The notes: generated by a model not told the origin, from the letters alone. DNA of 32,000 nt from Nostoc sp. PCC 7120 = FACHB-418 (GCF_000009705.1 NC_003272.1:1620001-1652000); one strand, 5' to 3'; positions 8,205 to 16,027 are shown, counted from the stretch's first letter. Numbers and translations are program-made.

Positions 8205-8708
8205 ATGACGGCATTTGAACCAAATAGTCTCCGTTCTTATAGCCAAGAAGATGTACAGCGAATTTTACAGCTGGCGATCGCCCGGCAAGCTGATGACCAA
8301 GATAAAGATTTTAGTTATGAGCAATTGTTAGAGATTGCTACTGAGTTAGAAATCTCACCAGAAGCTCTCAAGTTAGCGGAAATAGATTGGCGATCGCAAC
8401 ACCACGAATTAAGTCAAAAACAAGCTTTTAATACTTACCGCATGACAAAGTTTAAAAAGCGCCTTGGTAATTATGCGATCGTCAATGGCTTTTTACTGTT
8501 GGTGGATTTTGTCGGTGGTGGAACGGTTACTTGGTCGTTATACTTGCTACTGTTTTGTGGTTTGGCAGTAGGGTTGGATGTGTGGAATACGTTTCAAACT
8601 AAAGGCGAAGAGTATGAAATGGCTTTCCAGCGCTGGAATCGCAAACATCAAATTAAACAAACCATCAACAGCTTTGTGAATAAGTGCTTTAAAGCGTTAC
8701 AAGCTTAA
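8205..8708 (+). CDS. 2TM-domain membrane protein of unknown function
   Basis: 167 aa. Soluble acidic N-terminal half, then two adjacent hydrophobic helices (YAIVNGFLLLVDFVGGG / WSLYLLLFCGLAVGLDVW). Confidence 0.7.
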   Translation: MTAFEPNSLRSYSQEDVQRILQLAIARQADDQDKDFSYEQLLEIATELEISPEALKLAEIDWRSQHHELSQKQAFNTYRMTKFKKRLGNYAIVNGFLLLVDFVGGGTVTWSLYLLLFCGLAVGLDVWNTFQTKGEEYEMAFQRWNRKHQIKQTINSFVNKCFKALQA

Positions 8709-8710
8709 AC

Positions 8711-8814
8711 CAATTCGCAATTCGCAATTCGCAATTCGCAATAGCCTGCGGCATCTCTTACGAGAGGCTAACCGCCAACGCGTAGCATCTCGTAGAGAAG
8801 GCTAACGCCAACGC
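8711..8814. repeat. caattcg heptamers x4 plus dispersed repeat modules (left flank of the sigma/CHAT cluster)
   Basis: caattcg x4 (8711-8738), caattcgcaatagcctg (8732-8748), agcctgcggcat (8743-8754), ggctaaccgccaacgc (8766-8781) and ggctaacgccaacgc (8800-8814). Confidence 0.85.
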
Positions 8815-9047
8815 AACTTGCCTTTTCCGTGTTTTAACGGGGATTCAGCGCAAATAATTAAGGGTAAGATTAGCTAGAAAACTCTCTGAAGTTAAGTTTT
8901 GATAGAGTTTTCGATTTGCTTATCTATACTTGCCCATCTATACTTAGTACCAGTGTGAAAAAAGAATGTGACAGATACATACGGACATACATTTATTCTG
9001 TTTGGCTTTCCTAATTTTGAATTTTGTAGCTTGCTTCCCGTAGGGTA

Positions 9048-9064
9048 TTTTGAATTTTGAATTG
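9048..9064 (+). repeat. TTGAATT heptamer leader repeat ending 5 nt before the start codon
   Basis: tttgaatt ttgaattg, then ctatc, then ATG 9070. A further copy, ttttgaattttg, lies at 9015-9026. Confidence 0.7.
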
Positions 9065-9069
9065 CTATC

Positions 9070-10275
9070 ATGCGTCCTCGCCAAAGTATCGCTGAAATGT
9101 TTTCTACCTTCCTGCAATTTGATGCCGATCGCTTCGGTGGTTGGGTGTATGATGGCAAATTGCGGCGGAGCATTCAGAATTGCTTGGGACAAATATCACA
9201 AACGCAACACTCAGAGAATTTTTGGGCGATTTACTGGCATAAAAACTGGCAGACTCAGCCTAGTTCCTTAGCGGAAGGACACCTATCCGCTTATTTGCAA
9301 GAAACCTGTTATTGGGCTGCACAGAGGACAATTCCCCAGTTTGCCAGTATTCAGTGTACATTATCTGACTGTTTTCAAATGGCGATCGCTGAAGTACCAA
9401 AAATCTTAAAAGGTTGCGACCCTGACCAAAGAGCTAGCCTCAAAAGCTATGGTACTGTGGCTTTTGGGAATATTATTCGGGATGCTTTACGTCAAAAGCA
9501 AGAAATAGATTTTTGTAATGATTGGGCATTGTTGCTGAAGTTGAGCCGCAAGCAACTACAGGAATCATTAAAAAGTTCTGGGCTAACAGATGAAACAATG
9601 GCGAGTTATTTGTTAGCTTGGAAATCCTTTACAGACGGCTACATCCTCACTAAATCACCAAAAGCGCGGAAATTACAAAAACCAGAGGATGATACTTGGG
9701 ATATTATCGCCCAACTTTATAACCGCGATCGCCTAACACAACTCAACCCCTCAGTCCGCGAGTGTAACCGGGAAACCTTAGAACAATGGTTGCTTTTTTG
9801 TGCGAAACAAGCACGTTCTTATTTATATCCTGTGGTGTCTTCCCTAAATATTCCCAAGGTGGGTCAAGCAGATGGGGAATGGCAAGATGATTTACCAGAC
9901 ACCAGTAATCGTGAATCTTTACTGGCAGATTTAATCGCCGCAGAAGAAGCCGAAACTCAAAAAAATCAGCAACAAGAAATCTATAATCTCTTAGTGACTA
10001 CATTGGCAAAACTGCCCCCGCAATCACAACAGTTGTTGCAACTGTACTATCAGCAAGGACTAACCCAACAACAAATCGCCAAACAGCAGGAAATTCAGCA
10101 ATATCAAGTATCTCGGCAATTATCTAAAACCAGAGAATCTTTACTTTTAGCAATTACTAAATGGAGTCAGGAAAAATCGCATATTTCCCCGACTTCCAAC
10201 GTGGTTAAGCATATTAGCGCAATATTAGAGGAATGGTTACAGAATTATTTCCGTAATCTCTCTGCAAAGGAGTAG
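9070..10275 (+). CDS. Sigma-70 family-like RNA polymerase sigma factor (atypical, Q-rich)
   Basis: 401 aa. Region-2-like segment (SDCFQMAIAE...LKSYGTVAFGNIIRDALRQ) and a region-4 HTH (LPPQSQQLLQLYYQQGLTQQQIAKQQEIQQYQVSRQLSKTRESLL). Confidence 0.7.
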   Translation: MRPRQSIAEMFSTFLQFDADRFGGWVYDGKLRRSIQNCLGQISQTQHSENFWAIYWHKNWQTQPSSLAEGHLSAYLQETCYWAAQRTIPQFASIQCTLSDCFQMAIAEVPKILKGCDPDQRASLKSYGTVAFGNIIRDALRQKQEIDFCNDWALLLKLSRKQLQESLKSSGLTDETMASYLLAWKSFTDGYILTKSPKARKLQKPEDDTWDIIAQLYNRDRLTQLNPSVRECNRETLEQWLLFCAKQARSYLYPVVSSLNIPKVGQADGEWQDDLPDTSNRESLLADLIAAEEAETQKNQQQEIYNLLVTTLAKLPPQSQQLLQLYYQQGLTQQQIAKQQEIQQYQVSRQLSKTRESLLLAITKWSQEKSHISPTSNVVKHISAILEEWLQNYFRNLSAKE

Positions 10276-10280
10276 TAATT

Positions 10281-11411
10281 ATGTCGTCATTCTGTGTTCC
10301 ACCCACTCAACTTTGGTTAGAGGTATCTGCTGGCATTCAAGACCAATCTTGGCAGCAAAGCCAAACTTGCCTTAATCCCAGTGGTCGTTGGCATATTTTT
10401 CTCAACCAAGTATGCCTGAGTACCTTTTTACCTTGGCTGCAAGCTGAGTACTCACCAGAAGCTACTCTTGCCACAGTTCCCAATAGTTGGGAATTCGTCA
10501 ACGGGACTGCTATAAATTTAGATACAAAACGCCTCATCCTCATTCCCGATAAAAGCCTAGACACAAGAGAATTTCATGTCCCCCAAGAATGGATAGATAT
10601 TCCTCAATGGGCAGGAGATTATTATCTAGCAGTACAAGTCAGTCCAGACGGGGAATGGCTAAGAATTTGGGGCTATACCACCCATGAGCAATTGAAAAAT
10701 CAAGGTAGTTACGATCCTCAAGAAAGGACTTACTCCTTAAAAGCCTATCAAATGATTGAGGATTTGAATGTACTTTGGGTAGTACGTCAACTATATCCTG
10801 AAGAACAAACACAAGTAGCGATCGCTCCTTTAGCTGAGTTATCACCCACCCAAGTAGATAACCTCTGGCAAAGGTTAAGTAATCCAGCAATTACGAACCC
10901 ACGCTTAGAACTGCCCTTTGAAATCTGGGGGGCTTTATTAGCTAAGTCACAACAACCACAACCAAAATCAGCACTTGTCAACTTGCGTCAGTGGTTACAA
11001 AATACCTTGACAAATAGCTGGCAAACCGTCGAAACTCTTCTGGGAACACAGCCAGATTTTGCCTTCAGCTTTCGTCAAGCCGATGATACAGCTGAACGAT
11101 CAATCCAGCGCGTTAAGGTAATCGACCTACCAAGCGGTCAAACCATAGTGCTAATGTTGACTTTGACACTAGAAACAGATGGTAGAGTAGGAATCCGCGT
11201 CCAATTGTCTCCCAGAGAACGAGGAATTTATTTACCTGAGAATATGAGATTAGAGTTAATTTCTGCCTCAGGGCAAGTTGTCCAATCAGTAGAAGCACGA
11301 GAAACAGACAACTCCATCCAACTTAAACGCTTCCGATGTCCACAAAACACCCGCTTTAGCCTTCAGCTAATTCTCGATGATTTCAGTTTTGTTGAAGAGT
11401 TTGAAAGTTAG
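10281..11411 (+). CDS. DUF1822-like cytoplasmic protein
   Basis: 376 aa with no TM segment. It starts 5 nt after the sigma-like gene stop. The N-terminal FLNQVCLSTFLPWLQAEY pattern and the size match my recollection of the cyanobacterial DUF1822 family. Confidence 0.65.
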   Translation: MSSFCVPPTQLWLEVSAGIQDQSWQQSQTCLNPSGRWHIFLNQVCLSTFLPWLQAEYSPEATLATVPNSWEFVNGTAINLDTKRLILIPDKSLDTREFHVPQEWIDIPQWAGDYYLAVQVSPDGEWLRIWGYTTHEQLKNQGSYDPQERTYSLKAYQMIEDLNVLWVVRQLYPEEQTQVAIAPLAELSPTQVDNLWQRLSNPAITNPRLELPFEIWGALLAKSQQPQPKSALVNLRQWLQNTLTNSWQTVETLLGTQPDFAFSFRQADDTAERSIQRVKVIDLPSGQTIVLMLTLTLETDGRVGIRVQLSPRERGIYLPENMRLELISASGQVVQSVEARETDNSIQLKRFRCPQNTRFSLQLILDDFSFVEEFES

Positions 11412-11447
11412 TTATGGCGTTTCTTAATCTACTGGCATACTGAGTAC

Positions 11448-13787
11448 ATGAGTAAACTGATCGTCCTAAATTTAGGAAAAGGAAACTTACACCAAGGATT
11501 TCCGGCGGTCGTAGCTCAACTTTGGCAAACAGATGCTCCTGCTCCTATGCAATTCACGGGGGGATTACCTGCTGCACCACAATTAGAGCATCTTTATCAA
11601 CGTTGGCAACAAATGTACACAGCTTTGTATGCCAATTTGGGATGGCGTAGTCATGACATCGCCGATTTTGAAATTGAAGAAGAAGATATTACTCATATTT
11701 CCCAAGCAGAGTTTGATCATCTCTGCCAAGAATTGCAACAAAGTTTAAACGCATGGTTGAATAGTTCGCCGTTTCTCAATATTGACCGTAAGTTAAGAAC
11801 TCAACTCTCACCCACAGAGGAAATTCGCTGCATTATTGCGGCTGAATCCCATCAGGTTTTACAGCTTCCTTGGTGTTTGTGGCATTTTTTTGACGATTAT
11901 CCCCAAGCGGAAATTGCTCTCAGTCCACCAGAATATACTCGGTCAATTAAAAATTATCCCCAAAAAACTAAAGGTAAGGTGAGGATTTTAGCTATTTTAG
12001 GCGATCGCCACCATATTGATCTAGAAAAAGACCAAACTTTACTCCAGCAATTACCCAATGCGGAACTCACATTTTTAGTGGAACCCAATCGTTCCCAACT
12101 AACAGAACAATTATGGCAATCGGGTTGGGATATTCTCTTTTTTGCTGGTCATAGTTCCAGCCAAGGGAAAGGGCGGATGCTGCTCAATTCTGGCGAGACT
12201 TTGACCATTGATCAATTAAAGTATGGCTTGCAAAAGGCGATCGCTCAAGGGTTGCAATTGGCAATTTTTAACTCTTGTGATGGTTTGGGTCTAGCCCAGG
12301 ATTTAGCCGATTTACATTTACCCCAGGTGATTGTCATGCGCGAACCTGTACCAGACAGGGTGGCGCAGGAATTTTTAAAGCATTTCTTGGCGTTGTTTGC
12401 ACGGGGTAAAACTTTATATGCAGCCGTCAGAGAGGCGCGGCAAAGATTACAATCTCTAGAACAGGATTTTCCCTGTGCTACTTGGTTGCCAATTATTTGC
12501 CAAAATCCAGCCGAAATTTCCCCGACTTGGCAGGATTTGTCTGGTCAAAGACCAGGGTTAAAGTTACCACGCCCCAATTTCCAACAGCTACCAGTAGTTG
12601 GCTTAAGTAGCTTAATTATTACTTTTATTATCGTATTAATACGGTGGTCAGGTGGACTACAACTATTAGAACTAGGGGCATTTGACCAACTAATGAGGCT
12701 GCGACCTAAAGAAGAACCAGACTCCCGGCTATTGGTAGTAACTATCACCGACCAAGATATTCAAGCCCAAGGAAAAGAACCGCGCCAAGGTTCCCTTTCT
12801 GATAAACATCTCAACTTACTACTCACAAAACTCGAACAATACCAACCAGCAGCTATTGGTTTAGATATATACCGTGATTTTCCCGTGAGTGCTAACCAAC
12901 CAGAATTAGCCAAACGGATGCAGAAAAGCGATCGCCTCATTGCTATTTGTAAACGTGCTGATCCGGAATCCGACCCTACAGGTATTGCACCACCGCCAGA
13001 AATACCAGAAACACGGTTGGGTTTTAGCGACTTTGTGGAAGATGAGGATAGTGTGATGCGTCGCCATCTCTTGGCGATGACTCCCAACCCAATTTCGCCA
13101 ACTTGTACCCCTGCTTATGCTTTTAGTGTGCAGTTAGCGTTTTTGTATCTCCAAGCCCAGGGAATTACAACCAAATTTACCCCAAATTGGGACTTGCTAT
13201 TGGGGAAAAAAACCTTCCCACGCTTACAGAATCGGGCTAGTGGTTATCAATCAATAGATGCCCAAGGTACTCAGATTTTACTAAATTATCGTTTTGCGCC
13301 TTCAGTAGGGGCGATCGCTCGCCAAGTTACCCTGAGCCAAATCTTGAACGGACAAATTAACCCCAACGCCATCAAAAACCGCATTATTTTGATTGGTGTC
13401 ACCAGTAATAGCACTAGCGATTACTGGCCTACACCTGATAGTAAATCTCCTACAGCGATCGTTCCCGGCATTGTGATTCAAGCGCAAATGGTCAGCCAGC
13501 TAATCAGCGCCGCTTTAGATAACCGACCCCTATTATGGGTTTGGACTCAATGGGGTGAAATCTGCTGGATTTGGAGTTGGTCTTTGACTGGTGGTCTACT
13601 GGCGTGGTACATTCCCAGAAAGACTTACTTAAGTATTGCTGTAACTATAGGAACAATCACCTTATCTGGACTATGTTTTATCCTGTTAATTCAAGGTGGC
13701 TGGATACCTTTAGTCCCACCGATGATTGCATTAGTAGTCACTAGCGCTCAATTTGCTTACATCAGCCAAAAATTACAGAAATTGTAG
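11448..13787 (+). CDS. CHAT (caspase-like protease) - TM - CHASE2 sensor - 3TM membrane protein
   Basis: 779 aa. CHAT core with His235 (FFAGHSS, nt 12150-12152) and Cys277 (IFNSCDG, nt 12276-12278). TM helix at about residues 381-400. CHASE2 motifs: LLVVTITDQD, IGLDIYRDFP, DSVMRRH, ILIGVTSNSTSDYWPTP and PGIVIQAQMVSQLI. Three C-terminal TM helices and no C-terminal output domain. Confidence 0.85.
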   Translation: MSKLIVLNLGKGNLHQGFPAVVAQLWQTDAPAPMQFTGGLPAAPQLEHLYQRWQQMYTALYANLGWRSHDIADFEIEEEDITHISQAEFDHLCQELQQSLNAWLNSSPFLNIDRKLRTQLSPTEEIRCIIAAESHQVLQLPWCLWHFFDDYPQAEIALSPPEYTRSIKNYPQKTKGKVRILAILGDRHHIDLEKDQTLLQQLPNAELTFLVEPNRSQLTEQLWQSGWDILFFAGHSSSQGKGRMLLNSGETLTIDQLKYGLQKAIAQGLQLAIFNSCDGLGLAQDLADLHLPQVIVMREPVPDRVAQEFLKHFLALFARGKTLYAAVREARQRLQSLEQDFPCATWLPIICQNPAEISPTWQDLSGQRPGLKLPRPNFQQLPVVGLSSLIITFIIVLIRWSGGLQLLELGAFDQLMRLRPKEEPDSRLLVVTITDQDIQAQGKEPRQGSLSDKHLNLLLTKLEQYQPAAIGLDIYRDFPVSANQPELAKRMQKSDRLIAICKRADPESDPTGIAPPPEIPETRLGFSDFVEDEDSVMRRHLLAMTPNPISPTCTPAYAFSVQLAFLYLQAQGITTKFTPNWDLLLGKKTFPRLQNRASGYQSIDAQGTQILLNYRFAPSVGAIARQVTLSQILNGQINPNAIKNRIILIGVTSNSTSDYWPTPDSKSPTAIVPGIVIQAQMVSQLISAALDNRPLLWVWTQWGEICWIWSWSLTGGLLAWYIPRKTYLSIAVTIGTITLSGLCFILLIQGGWIPLVPPMIALVVTSAQFAYISQKLQKL

Positions 13788-13860
13788 ACAGAGGAAGTGT
13801 ATTAAAAGATGAGGCAAATAAAAAACCAGTAATTTGGTTGATGACACAACGGTTTCTGCT

Positions 13861-14631
13861 ATGAAAAAGGTATTTCGGTTTTCAACTACCACTCTTATCT
13901 GTGCGATCGCTTTAGGTATATGTAATTTACCTGGAATGGAGCAAATTGGGCAGGCACAAACCCTCACATCAACCACCAAAATTAATTATGTTCCTCCCAC
14001 AGCCCAAGACAAACCAGGAGAACCTAGAGGACGGCGCAGAGGTGGCGGAAGTCGCGGCCCCTGTAAGCAGTATGAAACCCTCACAGCTTTAGTACCCATC
14101 AATAGTACAGGAACAAAAGAATCAGTTTGGGGACAATCCACAGATCAAAACCCAACATTTTGGTTTTTTGTACCTGACAAACTCACTCCCAAGGTTCCTA
14201 TTGAGTTTGTTATCCAAGACGAAGCAGATAATTACGTTTATCAGACCAAATTTAATCCCTCAGAAACACAACCAGGAATTATCAGCTTAACGGCCAAGCC
14301 GCAAACACCCCTCGTTGCTGGTAAATCTTATCATTGGACTTTTTCTATTTATTGCGACCCAGAAAAACCCTCAGCTTCCGTCTACGTTCGCGGCTCCATC
14401 ACACAAGTTGCTTTAAACCCAACACTACAAAAGCAACTGGAATTAGCCAAAACTCCTCTAGAACGAGCAACCTTTTTTGCTAAAAATGGGATCTGGTACA
14501 ATGCTTTGACAACCTTAGGAGAACAAATCCAAAACACCAAAACGATAGATTCACAAATCACATCCGCTTGGACTCACTTACTGAAACAAGTTAACCTGCA
14601 TAACTCTGCTTCTGCTGAGATTGTTCGCTGA
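13861..14631 (+). CDS. Secreted DUF928-like protein
   Basis: ATG 13861 gives MKKVFRFSTTTLICAIALGICNLPG, a typical signal peptide. The track start at 13834 adds 9 non-hydrophobic residues. PP-X-GEPRGRRRGGGSRGPC motif at nt 13993-14064, then FWFFVP. The family name is from memory. Confidence 0.7.
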   Translation: MKKVFRFSTTTLICAIALGICNLPGMEQIGQAQTLTSTTKINYVPPTAQDKPGEPRGRRRGGGSRGPCKQYETLTALVPINSTGTKESVWGQSTDQNPTFWFFVPDKLTPKVPIEFVIQDEADNYVYQTKFNPSETQPGIISLTAKPQTPLVAGKSYHWTFSIYCDPEKPSASVYVRGSITQVALNPTLQKQLELAKTPLERATFFAKNGIWYNALTTLGEQIQNTKTIDSQITSAWTHLLKQVNLHNSASAEIVR

Positions 14632-14715
14632 TACTGTTAGCGCAGAAGCGGCTAAAAATATAGAACTCAGCTTTAGGGAACACCAAAAAATAAATTATCC
14701 AAAATTGATAGTTTA

Positions 14716-14780
14716 GTAGGGTGCGTCAGTGTCAAAAAACCTAACTACACCAAGAACTTATTCATACTGACGCACCCTAC
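14716..14780. repeat. Perfect 15-bp inverted repeat with a 35-nt spacer
   Basis: gtagggtgcgtcagt (14716-14730) is the exact reverse complement of actgacgcaccctac (14766-14780). Confidence 0.9.
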
Positions 14781-14988
14781 ATTTGGAATACTTTTTCTCT
14801 GGAAGTCCCTTAAAAGCAATTGAGTGATTAAGAATTCCCAATATTTGCTATTGGGAATTGCGCCATTAATTTGGAAACACACATTGAGATATCTTAATAA
14901 AGATAAATTTAGATTAAGACCATCCCTAGTTATAAATTAATGTCATGCCTGAGATAGATGTTAAGAAAAGTTATTGCAAATTGCGTAA

Positions 14989-15094
14989 AGCCTGCGGCAT
15001 AGCTGCACTCAGAGCAGAGCAGAGCGGGAGCATCGTTGCGAATTGCGTTGGCGTTAGCCTACTCTGCGAGTTCTCCACAGGCTATTGCGAATTG
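14989..15094. repeat. Dispersed repeat modules, inverted relative to 8732-8814 (right flank of the sigma/CHAT cluster)
   Basis: agcctgcggcat (14989-15000, same strand as the copy at 8743). gcgttggcgttagcc (15045-15059) is the reverse complement of 8800-8814. caggctattgcgaattg (15078-15094) is the reverse complement of 8732-8748. Confidence 0.85.
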
Positions 15095-15097
15095 TTT

Positions 15098-15676
15098 TTA
15101 TTTCTCCCGTAGTTGCCTTTCTATCAGCATTTGCGGTTCGACATTCTCCACATTCTTTATAGCTGATAGTTGAGCTATTCCTTTGAGAGCATCAGCAATT
15201 TTATTTGTTTTGGCACGTAACCAACCAGCATTAGGCGCATAGGCTAGGGTTTTCGCTACTTCATAACCTGCTTGATTGATGGCAGCTTGTTGTGATTCAA
15301 TATCAACACCTTCTGTAAAACGGATGAAAACTAGCCCAGTAGGCACAGTCAGAGTTCCGTTATTTTCTAAGGTATATACTGGGCTGAGTGTGTCTGTATT
15401 GCCAATATTCTGGATTGTTGCATCAGGTTCACCGGAAAAAATAGCGATCGCTCCCTCACCCTCATTCAAGATTAAAATAGCCTGGGATGGTATCGTGCTA
15501 GCTTGTTTGTAATGTGCAGCATAGTATCCAGACTGGCGATTGTAGAAGACACTCGCCTTTGTGCCAACAGGAATTTGTTGGGGATACTCAATAAAATAGT
15601 CTCTTTGGGGTCTCACTTCAGCAATTAAAGGTAGAGAGTACGCCTGTAAAAATAATTCACCAGGAAAATAAAACAT
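15098..15676 (-). CDS. Hypothetical protein whose C-terminal half resembles the PrcA N-terminal prodomain
   Basis: 192 aa with no signal peptide. Residues about 96-190 (PVYTLEN...GLVFIRFTEGVDIESQQAAINQAGYEVAKTLAYAPNAGWLRA...VENVEPQML) align by eye with PrcA residues about 108-190 (PIVYTENLFVKFGHEEDVSFCQEILGRYGLTIKRQLEYARNAYFVSA...VELCHPELV). Confidence 0.6.
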   Translation of the reverse strand: MFYFPGELFLQAYSLPLIAEVRPQRDYFIEYPQQIPVGTKASVFYNRQSGYYAAHYKQASTIPSQAILILNEGEGAIAIFSGEPDATIQNIGNTDTLSPVYTLENNGTLTVPTGLVFIRFTEGVDIESQQAAINQAGYEVAKTLAYAPNAGWLRAKTNKIADALKGIAQLSAIKNVENVEPQMLIERQLREK

Positions 15677-16027
15677 TCTTTTTAAATTCTAATGATTTTA
15701 GGTAATAAACTACTTCTGCTCATAAATTGAAAATAGCTATGAGAAAGTCGGGAGCGGGTTCATGAATTAGGGGTGTAGGGGAACCCATCAGGCTTGGTCA
15801 ACTACAAATTATGAATTACAGATTATGAATTAGGTAGACAACAAAAAATGTGAATAAGTTGCCGTTCACATAAATTTTGAATTTCCATAAACTCTATTCT
15901 GGAAAGCCAGACTGATAGTTTGTATCCACAGGAAATTATTCTCAGCTGCGTCTTATGTGTGCATCATTTTGGAAACCACACACAAAATACAAAGGCTTAG
16001 TATCAACTTAATAGTAGGAGATTAAGT

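Noticed and set aside
8892-9271. Three small overlapping ORFs (8892..9173 -, 8944..9192 -, 9050..9271 +)
   Set aside because: They overlap the repeat-rich spacer and the 5' end of the sigma-like gene, are mutually exclusive and have low-complexity products. The 401-aa frame is the coherent one.
13773-13979. 68-aa minus-strand ORF across the CHASE2/DUF928 junction
   Set aside because: It is antisense to two supported genes and has no features of its own.
15848-15871. CRP/NtcA-like palindrome atgtgaa-N10-ttcacat upstream of prcA
   Set aside because: The TGTGA...TCACA half-sites are separated by 12 nt rather than the canonical 6 nt of CRP-family sites. It also does not fit GTA-N8-TAC for NtcA. 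I keep it only as an unexplained 7-bp inverted repeat.
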